Positions 43,507 through 54,935 of a stretch of DNA of 64,000 nt are shown in pieces. Source of the DNA: an uncultured delta proteobacterium (GTDB lineage Bacteria > Desulfobacterota > Binatia > UBA9968); assembly GCA_963847445.1 (NCBI GenBank), contig CAWJZV010000027.1:96001-160000 (forward strand). The letters run 5' to 3'. The position numbers and the translations under genes were made by a program. Under the pieces are notes generated by a model. The model did not search any database. It was not told where the DNA came from and worked only from the letters and a program-made list of their open reading frames with translations. Within the stretch, counting starts at the first letter, position 1; each line of letters begins with the position of its first letter.

Positions 43507-44562
43507 ATGACTGCAATTCGGCGGCTTCGATCCGATAATCGAAAATCGAAAATCCAAAAGCGGCCCCGCAGACTAAAATGGAGTGGGCTTGTCACTCTCA
43601 TTATCGCATTCGTGATCTGTGGGGTTGCGGTCGAGGCGCAGCAGCCGACGAAAATTCCCCGGATAGGATACCTAGCTGCTATCCTCACGTTCCGCTGTCG
43701 CGGCCCGCATCGAGGCATTCCAGCAGGGCCTGCGCGAGCTTGGGTACGTCGAGGGCAAAAACATTGTCATTGAATGGCGATCTGCGCGAGGGAAAGCTCA
43801 GATCGCCTACCCGCGCTCGCGGCCGAGCTAGTGCGTCTCAAGGTAGACGTCATCGTCACGGCTGGTTCGTCAACAACCCGCGCCGCAAGGAAGCAACCGC
43901 TACGATTCCCATTGTCATGACGCAACGATACCGATCCTGTTGGGAACGGGTTCGTCGCCAGCCTTGCGCGACCAGGCGGGAACATCACTGGATTGTCCAC
44001 CTTTGCCCCGGAGTTGAGCGGAAAACGACTGGAGCTTTTGAAGGAGATCGTTGCTAAGCTCTCCCGCGTGGCCGTCTTCGGGACTTCAACCAGTCCCGGG
44101 CCAACGCACAAATCGTTAAGAGAGGTGGAACTCGCCGCAGGGGCGTTCAAGGTGAAGCTTCAATACCTAGACGTACTAGACCCCAAGGATATTGAGACCG
44201 CATTCCGAGCCGCAAGCAAAGGACGTGCTGACGCAGTCCTCGTGCTGGCGGAGCGACCTCTTCAGCTCATCATCGAACACAGGTTGTCGAACTCGCAGTA
44301 AAGAGCCGACTCCCGGCGATATACCACAGGTCGAGAATTTGTCGAAGACGGGGGGCTTATGACCTACGGCGTGAACGACAACGACTTGGACCGGCGCGCC
44401 GCTACGTATGTCGACAAGATTCTGAAAGGCAGCAAGCCCGCAGACCTTCCCGTCGAGCAGCCGATCAAGTTCGAGTTCATCGTCAATCTGAAAGCAGCCA
44501 AGCAGATCGGCCTGACGATTCCGCCGAATGTGCTGGTGCGGGCGGATCGGGTGATTCGGTGA
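43507..44562 (+). CDS. ABC_sub_bind-type substrate-binding protein (multiple frameshifts)
   Basis: AQQPTKIPRIGYL, GLRELGYVEG, SLARPGGNITG, ELSGKRLELLKE, DLPVEQP.KFE. Confidence 0.85.
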
Positions 44563-44688
44563 ATAAAGCAATATTCAACGGTAGGTGGCCGGGCCTGCCC
44601 TGAGCGGAATCGAAGGTGTCCGCACGTCGGAGGGCCGACACGCAGGTCGGCCTCTAAAGCGTCGACAATCGAGCATCCAAAATGGGTT

Positions 44689-45661
44689 GTGGTGTTTCTG
44701 GTCATTGCTTTTGTGCTCGGGGTAGGGGGGGCTGTGCCCGAGGCGCAGCAGCCGACGAAAATTCCACGGATAGGGTTTCTAATTGCTACCGCCACTTCCG
44801 TTAACACGGCCCGCAACGAGGCGTTCCGGCAAGGTCTGCGCGAGCTTGGTTACGTAGAGGGGAAAAACATTATCATCGAGTGGCGATCTGCGGAGGGCAA
44901 AGGCGGACCGGCTACCTGGCCTTGCAGCCGAGCTGGTCGGTCTCAAGGTCGACATCATCGTCTCGGGTGGTCCTTCAACAACCCGCGCCGCAAAGCAAGC
45001 GACTTCTACGATTCCCATTGTCATGGCGCAGGATCCTGATCCTGTCGGCTCGGGGTTCATCGCCAGCCTTGCGCGACCTGGCGGCAATATCACTGGCTTG
45101 GCAACACTGACTCCGGAATTAAGCGGAAAGCGACTGGAGCTTCTGAAGGAGATTATTCCCAAGCTCTCCCGTGTGGCTATCCTCGGGACTTCGACCAGGC
45201 CGGGCAACGCACAAGAACTAAGAGAGGTGGAACTCGCCGCAGGGGCGTTCAAGGTGCAGCTTCAAAACTTAGACGTTCTCGATCCCAAGGATATTGAGAC
45301 CGCATTCCGAGCCGCGACAAAGGGTCGCGCTGATGCACTCCTCGTGCTCGGTGGCCCCGTCATCATTTCTCATCGAACACAGGTTGTCGAACTCGCAGGA
45401 AAGAGCCGGCTTCCGGCGACATACGACAGGCCAGAATTTGTCGATGACGGGGGGCTCATGACCTACAGCGTGAGCAGTACCGACTTGTTTCGCCGCGCCG
45501 CGACGTATGTGGACAAGATTTTGAAAGGCAGGACGGCCGCTGACCTTCCCGTCGAGCAGCCGATCAAGTTCGAGTTCATCGTCAATCTAAAAGCAGCCAA
45601 GCAGATCGGCCTGACGATTCCGCCGAATGTGCTGACGAGGGCGGACCGGGTGATTAGGTGA
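44689..45661 (+). CDS. ABC_sub_bind-type substrate-binding protein (frameshift near 44900)
   Basis: Same motifs as 43507; start uncertain because a REP remnant lies just upstream. Confidence 0.85.
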
Positions 45662-45710
45662 GGGAGGGCATTAGGCTACAGACGGTAGGCAATGGTGGAC
45701 GTGGACGGAA

Positions 45711-46689
45711 ATGAAGAAATTAATCTTTGCATTTACGCTCGGCGCTTTGTTATCTCGCGCTCATCAATGGCTCGGCACCAGCCGGGGCGGAGGAAAAGAT
45801 TCCCCGCGCCGGTATTCTCTTTATCGGCGGCAGAGAACAACCGCACTTGGAATCATTCAAACAAGGTCTGCGCGAGCGCGGCTACATCGAAGGTAAGAAC
45901 ATTACTCTCGTGTACCGCTACGCTGAGGGCAAAGAAGAGCGGCTCGCCGATCTCGCCGCCGAGCTCGTGCGCGAGAAAGTCGATGTCATCCTCACCACCG
46001 CTACGATCAGCGCTCTGGCGGCTCGACGGGTTACCCGAACGCTGCCGATCGTCATGACCAGCGGCAATCCACTGGCGACCGGGCTTGCTGACAGCTTGGC
46101 GAAGCCGGGCGGAAACGTCACGGGCTTGACCGTGATGCCATACGACTTGAGCGTTAAGCGGCTTGAGCTGCTTAAAGAATCCTTTCCTAAAAAGAGCCGC
46201 GTCGCGGCGCTATGGAGTCCGCGCGACCGCGAAGCGGATATCCAATTGAAAGAAACCGAAATGGCGGCCAAAGCTTTGTCCGTACATTTGCATCCGCTGG
46301 AATTAAAGTCGGCCGATGACATCGACCGCGCGTTTAAAGAGATGACCAAGGCCCGCGACCAAGCGATAGTCATAATTTTGTCGCCGCTCGTCACCCTGAA
46401 CTCGAAGCGAATTGTCGAGCTCGCAATCAAGCACCGCCTGCCGGGAATATATCCGACCGGACAATTTGTCGAGGAAGGCGGGCTGATGTCCTACGGCACG
46501 TCGATCGCGGACTTGTACCGCCGTGCCGCGACCTATGTGGATAAGATTCTCAAAGGAAGAATGCCCGCCGACCTGCCGATCGAGCAGCCGATGAAGTTCG
46601 ACTTCATCGTCAGCTTAAAAGCTGCCAAGCAGATCGGCGTGACGGTTCCGCCGAACGTGCTGGTGCGGGCGGATCGGGTAATCAGGTAA
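45711..46689 (+). CDS. ABC_sub_bind-type substrate-binding protein (frameshift in signal peptide)
   Basis: KIPRAGIL, SLAKPGGNVTG, KRLELLKE, PADLPIEQP. Confidence 0.85.
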
Positions 46690-46874
46690 GGCGTGAATAG
46701 TAAGGAGTGAGGCGACTCGGACGCGGCGCGAGTGAGAAAACTTTGGATCGATATCTGTGGGGCTGATTGGAGGCTTGTTCTGGGCTACCGGTTACTTTCG
46801 CGATGGTTGCTTTCAGTCGTCGGCGAAAGATAGAATGATGATGATCGAAGTCTTTCTAGCGTTAGGATTTCAGG

Positions 46875-47171
46875 ATGGGAAAGACACTAGTCCGGCTGGT
46901 GATGGAAGAGGTCACTGATCCCGGCGCGCTTGCCAAAGCGCGAGCGCAACGCGAGCGATTCGATGGTAACAGCGCTTGGTTGCAAGCCCATGTGACGGAA
47001 GTTTACCGGGGTCATCGTGGCAAGTGCATCTGTGTTGCCGGCGACCAACTGTTCGTCGCCGACACGCCCGAACAGGCACTAGCCCTGGCCACAGCTGCCC
47101 ATCCTGAAGATGATGGCAGTTTTCTCCGCTACATTCCCCGCGAAAAAATAGACCGCATATATGCGAATTGA
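46875..47171 (+). CDS. DUF5678-like small protein
   Basis: NSAWLQAH..E.Y..HRGK.I.VAG..LFV.DT.E.A pattern; stop overlaps the next ATG. Confidence 0.6.
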   Translation: MGKTLVRLVMEEVTDPGALAKARAQRERFDGNSAWLQAHVTEVYRGHRGKCICVAGDQLFVADTPEQALALATAAHPEDDGSFLRYIPREKIDRIYAN

Positions 47172-47259
47172 CGGCGAGTGGCTGCTGTGCGACGACGGCA
47201 CCCCGCGCCCGGTGATCCGCGGCGAGATTCTGGCGAGTGACGGTACTTTGGAGCGATAA
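47161..47259 (+). pseudogene. Truncated partner gene (possibly the N-terminus of a retropepsin-like protease)
   Basis: MRIDGEWLLCDDGTPRPVIRGEILASDG then stop; overlaps the upstream gene. Confidence 0.45.
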
Positions 47260-47304
47260 GGTGATTCGGGAAATTCATTTTGGATTACGGATTGAGGACA
47301 AAGC

Positions 47305-48322
47305 ATGATGATGAAGTCGTTCAGGCGAATTTCCCTAGTTGGGTTTTTCATCTACAATTTCGGGTTCAACGCGCAGAGCCTCGCGCAGGATCGCCCTCTG
47401 AAAAAGATCAATTGGGGAATGACTGCGTTGTCAGCTGCCATGTGGATTCCCTGGATCGCGAAGGATGCGAAAATTTATGAGAAAAACGGGCTCGACGTGG
47501 AAATCGTTCTGCTCCGCGGATCGGGCCAGAGTTCACAGGCACTGCTTGGTGGAAGCCTTTTTGCCGCACCGGTCGCGTTGCCGCAGTTGATGCTGCGCTA
47601 ACCTTAACGGCGCCGATATGGTCAATGTGGCCCACACGATCGCGTCGGCATCCAGCAAATTGCTGGTAAGACCGGAGATCAGACGACCGGAGGATTTACG
47701 CGGCAAAAAGATCGCGACTTCGAGCATTCGGCTCGCTGGGCGATTTTCTGTTTCGCTACGCGCTGCGCAAGTATGGCCTGAACCCCGACCGCGAAATCAC
47801 ATGGCTCTCGATCGGCACCAACGCCGAACGGCTGCAGGCGTTGTTCACCGGCGCCATCGACGGCGCCGACGTAGCCTATCCGGCCGACGTTCAAGCCGAG
47901 CGCAAAGGCTACCGGGTTTTGATCGACGCCCGAAAAGAAATTATCTACCCGACGACATCGATCGTGACACGGCGCAAAAACCATTCAAGACGACCGCGAC
48001 ACGGTCGATGCGCTTCGTGCGCTCCCACGTCGAGGGCATCGCATTTCACAAACAGAACAAGGAATTCAGCTCTCAAAGTGTTGACCAAATACGTCAAGAA
48101 CCACCGACCCGGAGTTTTTGGAAGGCTCCTACAATATATTCAAACAAGACTTCATCGCCGCGCCCTATCCGATTACCAAAGGCCTTGAAGCCGACCTTCG
48201 ACTACGTCGCCCAAACCCGCCCCGAGATTCGCAATCGCAAACCCGAAGAGTTTGTCGATGCGAGTTTTATCTCAGAACTCGACAAAAGCGGGTTTATAAA
48301 GAAGTTGTACGAGCAGAAGTAG
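47305..48322 (+). CDS. NMT1/SsuA-like substrate-binding protein (many frameshifts)
   Basis: MWIPWIAKDAKIYEKNGLDVE, ELDKSGFIKKLYEQK; close paralog of 42414. Confidence 0.82.
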
Positions 48323-48496
48323 GTGCGAGGCGGAAGGCGTGACGAGGGTAGACCCGGTACTCAAGGTCTAACTGGCATAAAGTTAGACCGGAGTATTTGC
48401 GATAATCTACATTGACTGTTTATGAGAAGCGTCCAGGGTCTGATCGTGATAATGTGACGCTAATGCTTGCCAAGAAAAGATACAGGGAGAGAGCCG

Positions 48497-49562
48497 ATGA
48501 AGTCGCGTTCCACGTTCGTGATCGTTGCTGCACTCGCCGCCATGATCTCCGCTAATCCCTTGCAGGCCGGAGGCTTGAAACAGGTCGGAGAAATAGCAAT
48601 TCCCGGTGATCCGATCACCGACATCGGCATTATGGCCATCGACCAAACGACGGGTCTTGGCTATCTCGCCGACAAGACCAACAAATCCGTCGTCGTCTTC
48701 GATACCAAGACCGACAAATTCGTCTCGCGAATACCGGGTTTCGTCGGACGGTTGAAGGATGGCAATGCCTCGGGACCGAATGGTGTTGTCGTCGTCGGCG
48801 CCGAAGTATGGGTGAGCGACGGCGACAGCACGATCAAGGTGATCGATACCAAGACCGGCCAGATCGCGGCGACGGTCGCCACTGGCGGAACGAAGCGCGC
48901 CAACGGGATGGCCTTGGGCGAAGACATCGGCGTCGTCATCGTGGCCAATTCGAACGACGCGCCGCCGTTCCTCAGCTTGATCTCGACTGCGCCCGATCAC
49001 AAAATCCTGGCGAAGATCCCTATTCCGGAATCCGGCGAGAACCTGGAGCGTTCCGCGTACCACGCGCCAAGCGGCATGTTCTACACGGCGATCCCGGTAT
49101 CACGCGCGGACAGCACCAAGGGATTGTTGGCGCAGACGGATGCGAAAAACGGCAAGCTCGTAAAGCTGCACGAACTGCAGGTGTCATCCGCATAGTCTCT
49201 CCATCGTCTCGGACTCGACCATTTTCCTGGGTTGCAGCAGCGCCCACGGCCCGTCTCCCAAGCCCGGCGGTGACATGGCGATTTTCGATATCGCGGCCGG
49301 CAAGGTCGAAACATATCTCACGGCATACGGCGGCAACGGCGGCTCGACGGTGAATCGCAAACTCGGCCAATACTACCATTCCGCCTCAGGTGGAACCTTG
49401 ATGGTGGTCGACACCAAGACGAAAAAGGGGCTGCAACAAATTCCGACGTCCAATGGCGCTCGCTCGCTCGGGGTAAGTCTCGCCAACAATCGCGTCTATG
49501 TGGCCACGACAGCGAAGGAGTTGGCCTGCCGTGGATGCATCGTGGTGTATGCGCCGGCGTAA
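48497..49562 (+). CDS. Exported YncE-like beta-propeller protein (frameshift near 49180)
   Basis: Signal peptide; YLADKTNKSVVVFD, GPNGV, WVSDGDSTIKVID, GARSL...NNRVYV. Confidence 0.8.
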
Positions 49563-49746
49563 GGATTTGAGGTCTGCGGCGACAGGATTCGAACTGTGAA
49601 GTATTTTTTTCGCTGTAGGATTTTTTGAATTGTTCCGTCAATGATCCGATGACTTCGCGGGGCGACTAGATGCCTTTAGTCTGTTCAAGGTTCAACGTTC
49701 TACGCGCCGGCCACGACCGGAAAAAGGCCACGCTGTGAGGGCGACA

Positions 49747-50805
49747 TTATCGCGCGGGCAGCGAGCCCTCGCCGGAAAGTTTTTTTAGCAGATCGATCAC
49801 CTCGGCGTCACGCGGCATTTCCCTGATCGCTTTCTCCATCTCTTCCGGCATGAGCGGATCGGGTTCTTCACCGGTAAGCTTTTTGTATTCGCGGTGAAAA
49901 TCGCCGTCTTTGAAAGCCTTGCGCATAGCATCCTGGAGAATCATGACCCTGTCCTTCGGCGTTCCCGGAGGCAATGCGTAAGGCACGCCGACGAGTCTCA
50001 AGGTCCGGTACATGGTGAGGAGCTTGGCCTCATTTTCAGATTTTGCAAAACTTTCGATCTCGGGGACGCGACCGAAGCGCGGATGCTTGGCTCCTTTCGG
50101 AATCTCCAAGATAGCGTGGATATCCATCACGCTTTTCTCCACCCAATCCGGGTTGCGGTGTAATAGCTGTGCGACGTTGTTCGCCCTGCCATCGAGCTCG
50201 CCGCGTAATAGAGCTACCTCGATCTCCGGAGTTGTGTAGCCGACGATAAACTTCGGTTCCTTGAAACCGAGAAAATAGGCAAAAAGCCGCCCAGCTATAT
50301 AGTTAGGGTGTCCTACCGCCTGGGCGCCGATCCTGATGCCGGAAGCCGCTCGAAGCTTCTCGGCATTGGTCAGAGCAAGCTCCTTTCTTGTGTACAGGAT
50401 CTGATGCGACGTGCTTTCCGACGCACCGAGGTAGATAAACTTGTCGATGTCGTACATGACACCGGTGGCGCCGAGGACGTTCAGCGCGACGATGCTGCCG
50501 CTCAAGGCTCCTATGGTCAGCCCGTCCGGCTTGGCGACCTGGTAGACGTGATTGGCTGCCTGTCGACCGCCGCCGCCGGCCTTGTGCTCGAGCACGATCG
50601 TCGGATTTCCGGGGATGTATTTCCGCAAAGAAGGAATCAGTGCCCTCGTGCGGTGGTCTCCCGCTCCTCCGGGGGCGGTGCCCAGGACAATCACCAAGGT
50701 CTTACCTTGATAAAAGGGAGCCTGCGCCAAAGCGCCGTCGGCAAGAGCGGCTAAAACCGCAACTACCGTGACCCAGAACCGCACGATCAAGTCTTTCGTT
50801 CCCAT
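49747..50805 (-). CDS. Tripartite tricarboxylate transporter substrate-binding protein (Bug/TctC-like)
   Basis: FYQGKTL.I..G..PGG..D, IPGNPTIV, KPDGLT, LPPGTPKDR. Confidence 0.88.
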   Translation of the reverse strand: MGTKDLIVRFWVTVVAVLAALADGALAQAPFYQGKTLVIVLGTAPGGAGDHRTRALIPSLRKYIPGNPTIVLEHKAGGGGRQAANHVYQVAKPDGLTIGALSGSIVALNVLGATGVMYDIDKFIYLGASESTSHQILYTRKELALTNAEKLRAASGIRIGAQAVGHPNYIAGRLFAYFLGFKEPKFIVGYTTPEIEVALLRGELDGRANNVAQLLHRNPDWVEKSVMDIHAILEIPKGAKHPRFGRVPEIESFAKSENEAKLLTMYRTLRLVGVPYALPPGTPKDRVMILQDAMRKAFKDGDFHREYKKLTGEEPDPLMPEEMEKAIREMPRDAEVIDLLKKLSGEGSLPAR

Positions 50806-51476
50806 AGCAGACCCTTCCCTCAGCGCGGCGGCACGACCGCCAATAGCAACCAACGGTTCATGAATTACTCTCCAGTGGTTCGCGTTGTAACGCATTGCAG
50901 GTTTCAAACACAAGCCGTCTGCGCTTGCGGTGCGTCTTGCATACTCGCTACTGAGCGGAGAAACGCGTTTTTCGCTTTATACATCGTTGTCCTCCGTCTG
51001 ATCGAACCGTTTAGGTCATGCCGCGGGTCAGGTCATGCAATGACACATTGAGGTCATTTCCGGGGTGCTATTGCGAGAAAAGCTCGGAAGTTTGGGGCCA
51101 GGCCCTTCAGTCGTCAACAATCTTCCACTTGCCATCGCGGCGTAATCCCGCAGGATACGTAACTTCGACCATGCGATCTGCGTGTACTCGCTCGCCTAGG
51201 CCGCAGTCGTCACGTTAACAAAAGCCGTTGGACAGCTGCTGCCCGTCTGTTTCCGTCACGGCGATTGGACGGCTTGAACGTAGCGCCGCGCTGGAACCAC
51301 CGGAGCGGACTGCGGTTGATAGCCGAAACCTTGGAATGGCCTCCGCCAACCTTCGTGTTTCCTATTGTCATGGCCGTTGCCTAATTATAAAAGGAGACCT
51401 GCGAAGTGAAGTAACGTAGTAGCATCCGGAGACAGTCAAAACGAAATTGCTATCCAGCAGGAAGAAGGAGATCACA

Positions 51477-52103
51477 ATGAAAAACTGGTCTGCCATTGCC
51501 ATGGGGCTGCTTGTCATCGGACTCACCGTTTTGGGCTGCTCATCACAGAAGTCCGGTCAAGGTGACGCGGGATGGATCACGCTTCTTGACGGCTCCAACC
51601 CCAAAACCCTGGACAACTGGAACCGGCTCGGCGACGCCAATTGGCGGGCCGAGGACGGCGCCATCGTGGCGGACAAAGGCAAGGGCGGCAATCTGGTCTC
51701 GAAGAACTCCTACAAGGACTTCCAAATCCGGGCCGAGTTCTGGGCCGACCACACCACCAACAGCGGCATTTTTTTTCGCATTTCCGATGTTAAAACCATT
51801 GGCTCCAAAACCGGGTACGAGGCGAATATCTACGACCAGCGCCCAGAGCCGGAGTACGGCACCGGGGCCATCGCCAATGTCGCCAAGGTATCTCCGATGC
51901 CCAAAGCGGGCGGCAAATGGAACAACTATGAGATCACAGCCAAAGGCTCGCAGCTGACGATCGTGCTCAATGGAGTCAAGACAGTCGATATCCAACACAC
52001 TCAGTTCACGGAAGGTCCGATCTCGCTGCAGTTTGGCAATCGTGAAAAAGGCACCCCCGGCGGCGCCATCAAATGGCGCAAGGTGCAGATCCGGCCTCTG
52101 TAA
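51477..52103 (+). CDS. DUF1080 (3-keto-disaccharide hydrolase family) lipoprotein
   Basis: Lipobox VLGC, WITLLDG, NSGIFFR, GYEANI, GPISLQ, IKWRKV; SD AAGGAG. Confidence 0.88.
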   Translation: MKNWSAIAMGLLVIGLTVLGCSSQKSGQGDAGWITLLDGSNPKTLDNWNRLGDANWRAEDGAIVADKGKGGNLVSKNSYKDFQIRAEFWADHTTNSGIFFRISDVKTIGSKTGYEANIYDQRPEPEYGTGAIANVAKVSPMPKAGGKWNNYEITAKGSQLTIVLNGVKTVDIQHTQFTEGPISLQFGNREKGTPGGAIKWRKVQIRPL

Positions 52104-52229
52104 CTCGCGCCATCGGCGGCGCCGTTGTAGAAGCTCATGCATCTGAAGTTATGGCACCCTCAAGGAAGGCCGATCAGAAAAAGCGCGTTGCGACTCGGGC
52201 CGACTCGGAGTAAAGCTCGTTCGTGATCT

Positions 52230-53649
52230 ATGGCCAGCACTGATTTACCAGCTACCCCAGCTACCCTAGTCCAACAAATCGCCGGCAACGTGCTCAACGT
52301 TGCTGACGCGGCAATTCCATTGGCGGTCGTCGAGCATACCAAGGCGCTGATCCTCGACTCCATCGGCTGCGCTTTGGCCGCGACGCGAGGAGCCCGCATT
52401 TGCCCGCGCGTCGCGCGTTTTTGCCCAACTCGGCGGCAACCCGGACTGCACCGTGATCGGTTCGTCGCGGCGGGTTAATCTACCGCAGGCGGTGTTGCTG
52501 AATGGCATTTTGATTCGCTCGCTGGACTTGAACGATGCCTACATCGGTCCCGGACAGATGGGACATCCGAGCGACAATATCGCGGTGGCGCTTTCCGTCG
52601 GCGAAAAGTTTCGCGCCTCCGGACTGAGCGTGATCGCCAGCGTAGCGCTCGGCTACGAGATTTACTGCCGCATGCAGGACATCATTCCAGCTCGCGGCAC
52701 CTGGGATCACACCACCGCATCGGCATTGGCGGCGCCTTTGATCGCCGGCCGGTTGATGGGATTGAATGCGGAGCAGCTTGCCCATGCGGCCGCGCTGTCG
52801 GCCACCCATGGCAACACGCTCGCCGTCGTGCGCACCGGGCAGCTGGCCAATTCCAAAGCGAACGCCAACGCCATGGTGGCATCCCAAGCGGTGCTGTGTT
52901 CGTTGTTTGCCGCCGAGGGCATGACCGGTGCGCTAGGGGTGATCGAACACCCGCGCGGGCTGAGCACCGGCATGCTCGCCGGGGCAAAATTAGATCTTCT
53001 CGCTCAACCGATCGGCGAACGCTATAGAATCATGACCTCCGCGATCAAAGCCTATCCCTGTATCGGCACGGCCCAGACCATGGTCGCCGGCCTGCTTCAA
53101 GCGCGCGCCGGCATCGCCGATCCGGCGCGAGAAGTTCAGCGCATCGAAGTGGTGATGGCCGATATCCCGATCGTCAGCACTCAAGCGGCGGACCAACAAC
53201 GGCGCTACCCGGAAAGCCGCGAAAGCGCGGATCATAGCTTCTACTATCTTGCGGCAGCGGCGCTTGCGGACGGCGAAATTTCCGAAGCGCAATTTGCCCC
53301 TGGGCGCTGGCTGCAACCGGAAATGAGAGAAGCGATGGCGCGAGTCTCGGTGCGCACCGACGCGAGTTTGAACAAGTACACGCCCGGCAGCTACCCGGCG
53401 GTGGTGAAACTGATTTTGCAAAGCGGCGAGAGCCGGGAAGTCGAGGTCATTTTTCCCAAAGGCCATCCCAACAATCCCATGTCGCCGGCCGAAGTCGAGG
53501 CCAAATTCCGCGCCTGCGCGCGTGGGAGAGTGCCGTCGGCACGCCAGGAGAAAGTCATCGGGAAAGCGCGCGAGTTGGAAAAACTCGCGTCGGTGGCCGA
53601 GCTGATGAACGATTTGGCAGAAGGCGAGCCGACTGCGACAGGCCGTTGA
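52230..53649 (+). CDS. MmgE/PrpD family protein (frameshift near 52388)
   Basis: ILDSIGCA, LDLND, GHPSDN, WDHT, IKAYPC, SADHS, PKGHPNNPM. Confidence 0.9.
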
Positions 53650-53764
53650 AAAAGGCCCACCTGCTTCGTTGCGCTTCGATCGCCTCGCTCCAACGTATCA
53701 GTAAATACGCCTTCGCTCGTCGATTTCTCGCGCGCCTCGCATCTGGACCTTTTTGAACAGCCTG
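53639..53764. mobile_element. 126-bp MITE-like element with terminal inverted repeats
   Basis: Left end CAGGCCGTTGAAAAAGGCCCA versus reverse complement of right end CAGGCTGTTCAAAAAGGTCCA (18 of 21 match); no transposase. Confidence 0.65.
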
Positions 53765-53836
53765 GGGTCAGGGCTCTTCACAGCCGATTGAAGTCGACAG
53801 CGGAAGCGGCAACATGATTTGGCGATGAGTTTCGTT

Positions 53837-54764
53837 TTAAACCGCTGACATATTTCTGATTAGCGCGTCGATGAAGCCTTCGTCGTCAAGCTCCTTGACC
53901 CAATGCAGATCCCAGAGAGCCAGTGGATTTAGGCCCTGGGCGCCATATTCCTCGCAAGCGATCTCGTAGGTGGCGGCCAGGGCCTGCGGCGTCGGATACG
54001 GTTTGATCTGCAGCTTGCCGACAATGGCGTCAAAATGTTTCTCCATCTCTTGCGTATCGCTGATTTTCATCCGTCGCATCGGCTCTGCCGTGACAACTTT
54101 CATCGCTTCCTGCTTGCGATGCTTCATCCAGCAAATCCCATGAATGACCGCCTTCACATAATTTTTTAATACGGCGGATTTCTTGCGCGCGAACTCGGCG
54201 GTGCACGCCTGGGCGTAATGGCTGACCACGGCGAGATCGGGAACCGGGAGAAATTTTAAACCGGCTTTCAAGGGCTCTGCCTGGTACAGCGGATCGATAA
54301 AGCAAGCGATGCATTCTCCGCTGACGACTTTCTTCCACTGCCCCCACCTGCCCACGTCCGCATCCTTGAAGATGGGCACCCCCACTTTGCCCTCCAATCC
54401 CATCATCCTCAGCCAGAGCGTAACCGTATAAGGCCGGCCCGAATCCCTGCACCGCCATACTCTTGCCGGTGAATTCGCTGACGTTTTCGACGTGCTGGGG
54501 CACCATCAAATCCAAACCGCGGACGATTCGGGGGGCGCAAAAGAAAGTGATTTTCTTCCCTTTTGTTGCTTCGGCGTAAAGAAATTCCACGTGGTCGATC
54601 AACACATCGGCTGCATCGTTGAACAGCGAAGCTTCGAACGCGCCATAGTCTTTGATCTGCAAAACCTCGACGTTGATGCCATAATGTTTCGCGCCCATTT
54701 CTTTGATGCAGTAGATGACCGGAGTTCGATCATCGTCGCGATAGGCGACTCTCACAGTGTCCAT
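53837..54764 (-). CDS. Substrate-binding-protein-fold protein, NMT1/SsuA-like, no signal peptide (frameshift near 54450)
   Basis: KHYGINVEV, EFTGKSMAV, KPYPT, WDLHWVKELDDEGFID. Confidence 0.7.
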
Positions 54765-54935
54765 AGAAATCAAACCTTCCTGCCGACCTGCTCGATCGAA
54801 ATGCTCACAGCGACCAGATAACTTGCCTCGATCGGCTGCGGCTCGACAAAATTGTTTTCGCGCGTTCGAGACGGGATCGGCTGCCTTTCGATTTCTATTC
54901 GGTCGACGTGAGAGATCACAGGGTTCACTTTGGTA

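Noticed and set aside
50900-51450. Possible ncRNA or small ORF in a 550-bp intergenic gap
   Set aside because: Only a short decayed coding-like patch (RRDGKWKIVDD, minus strand) and a weak repeat; no recognisable RNA structure.
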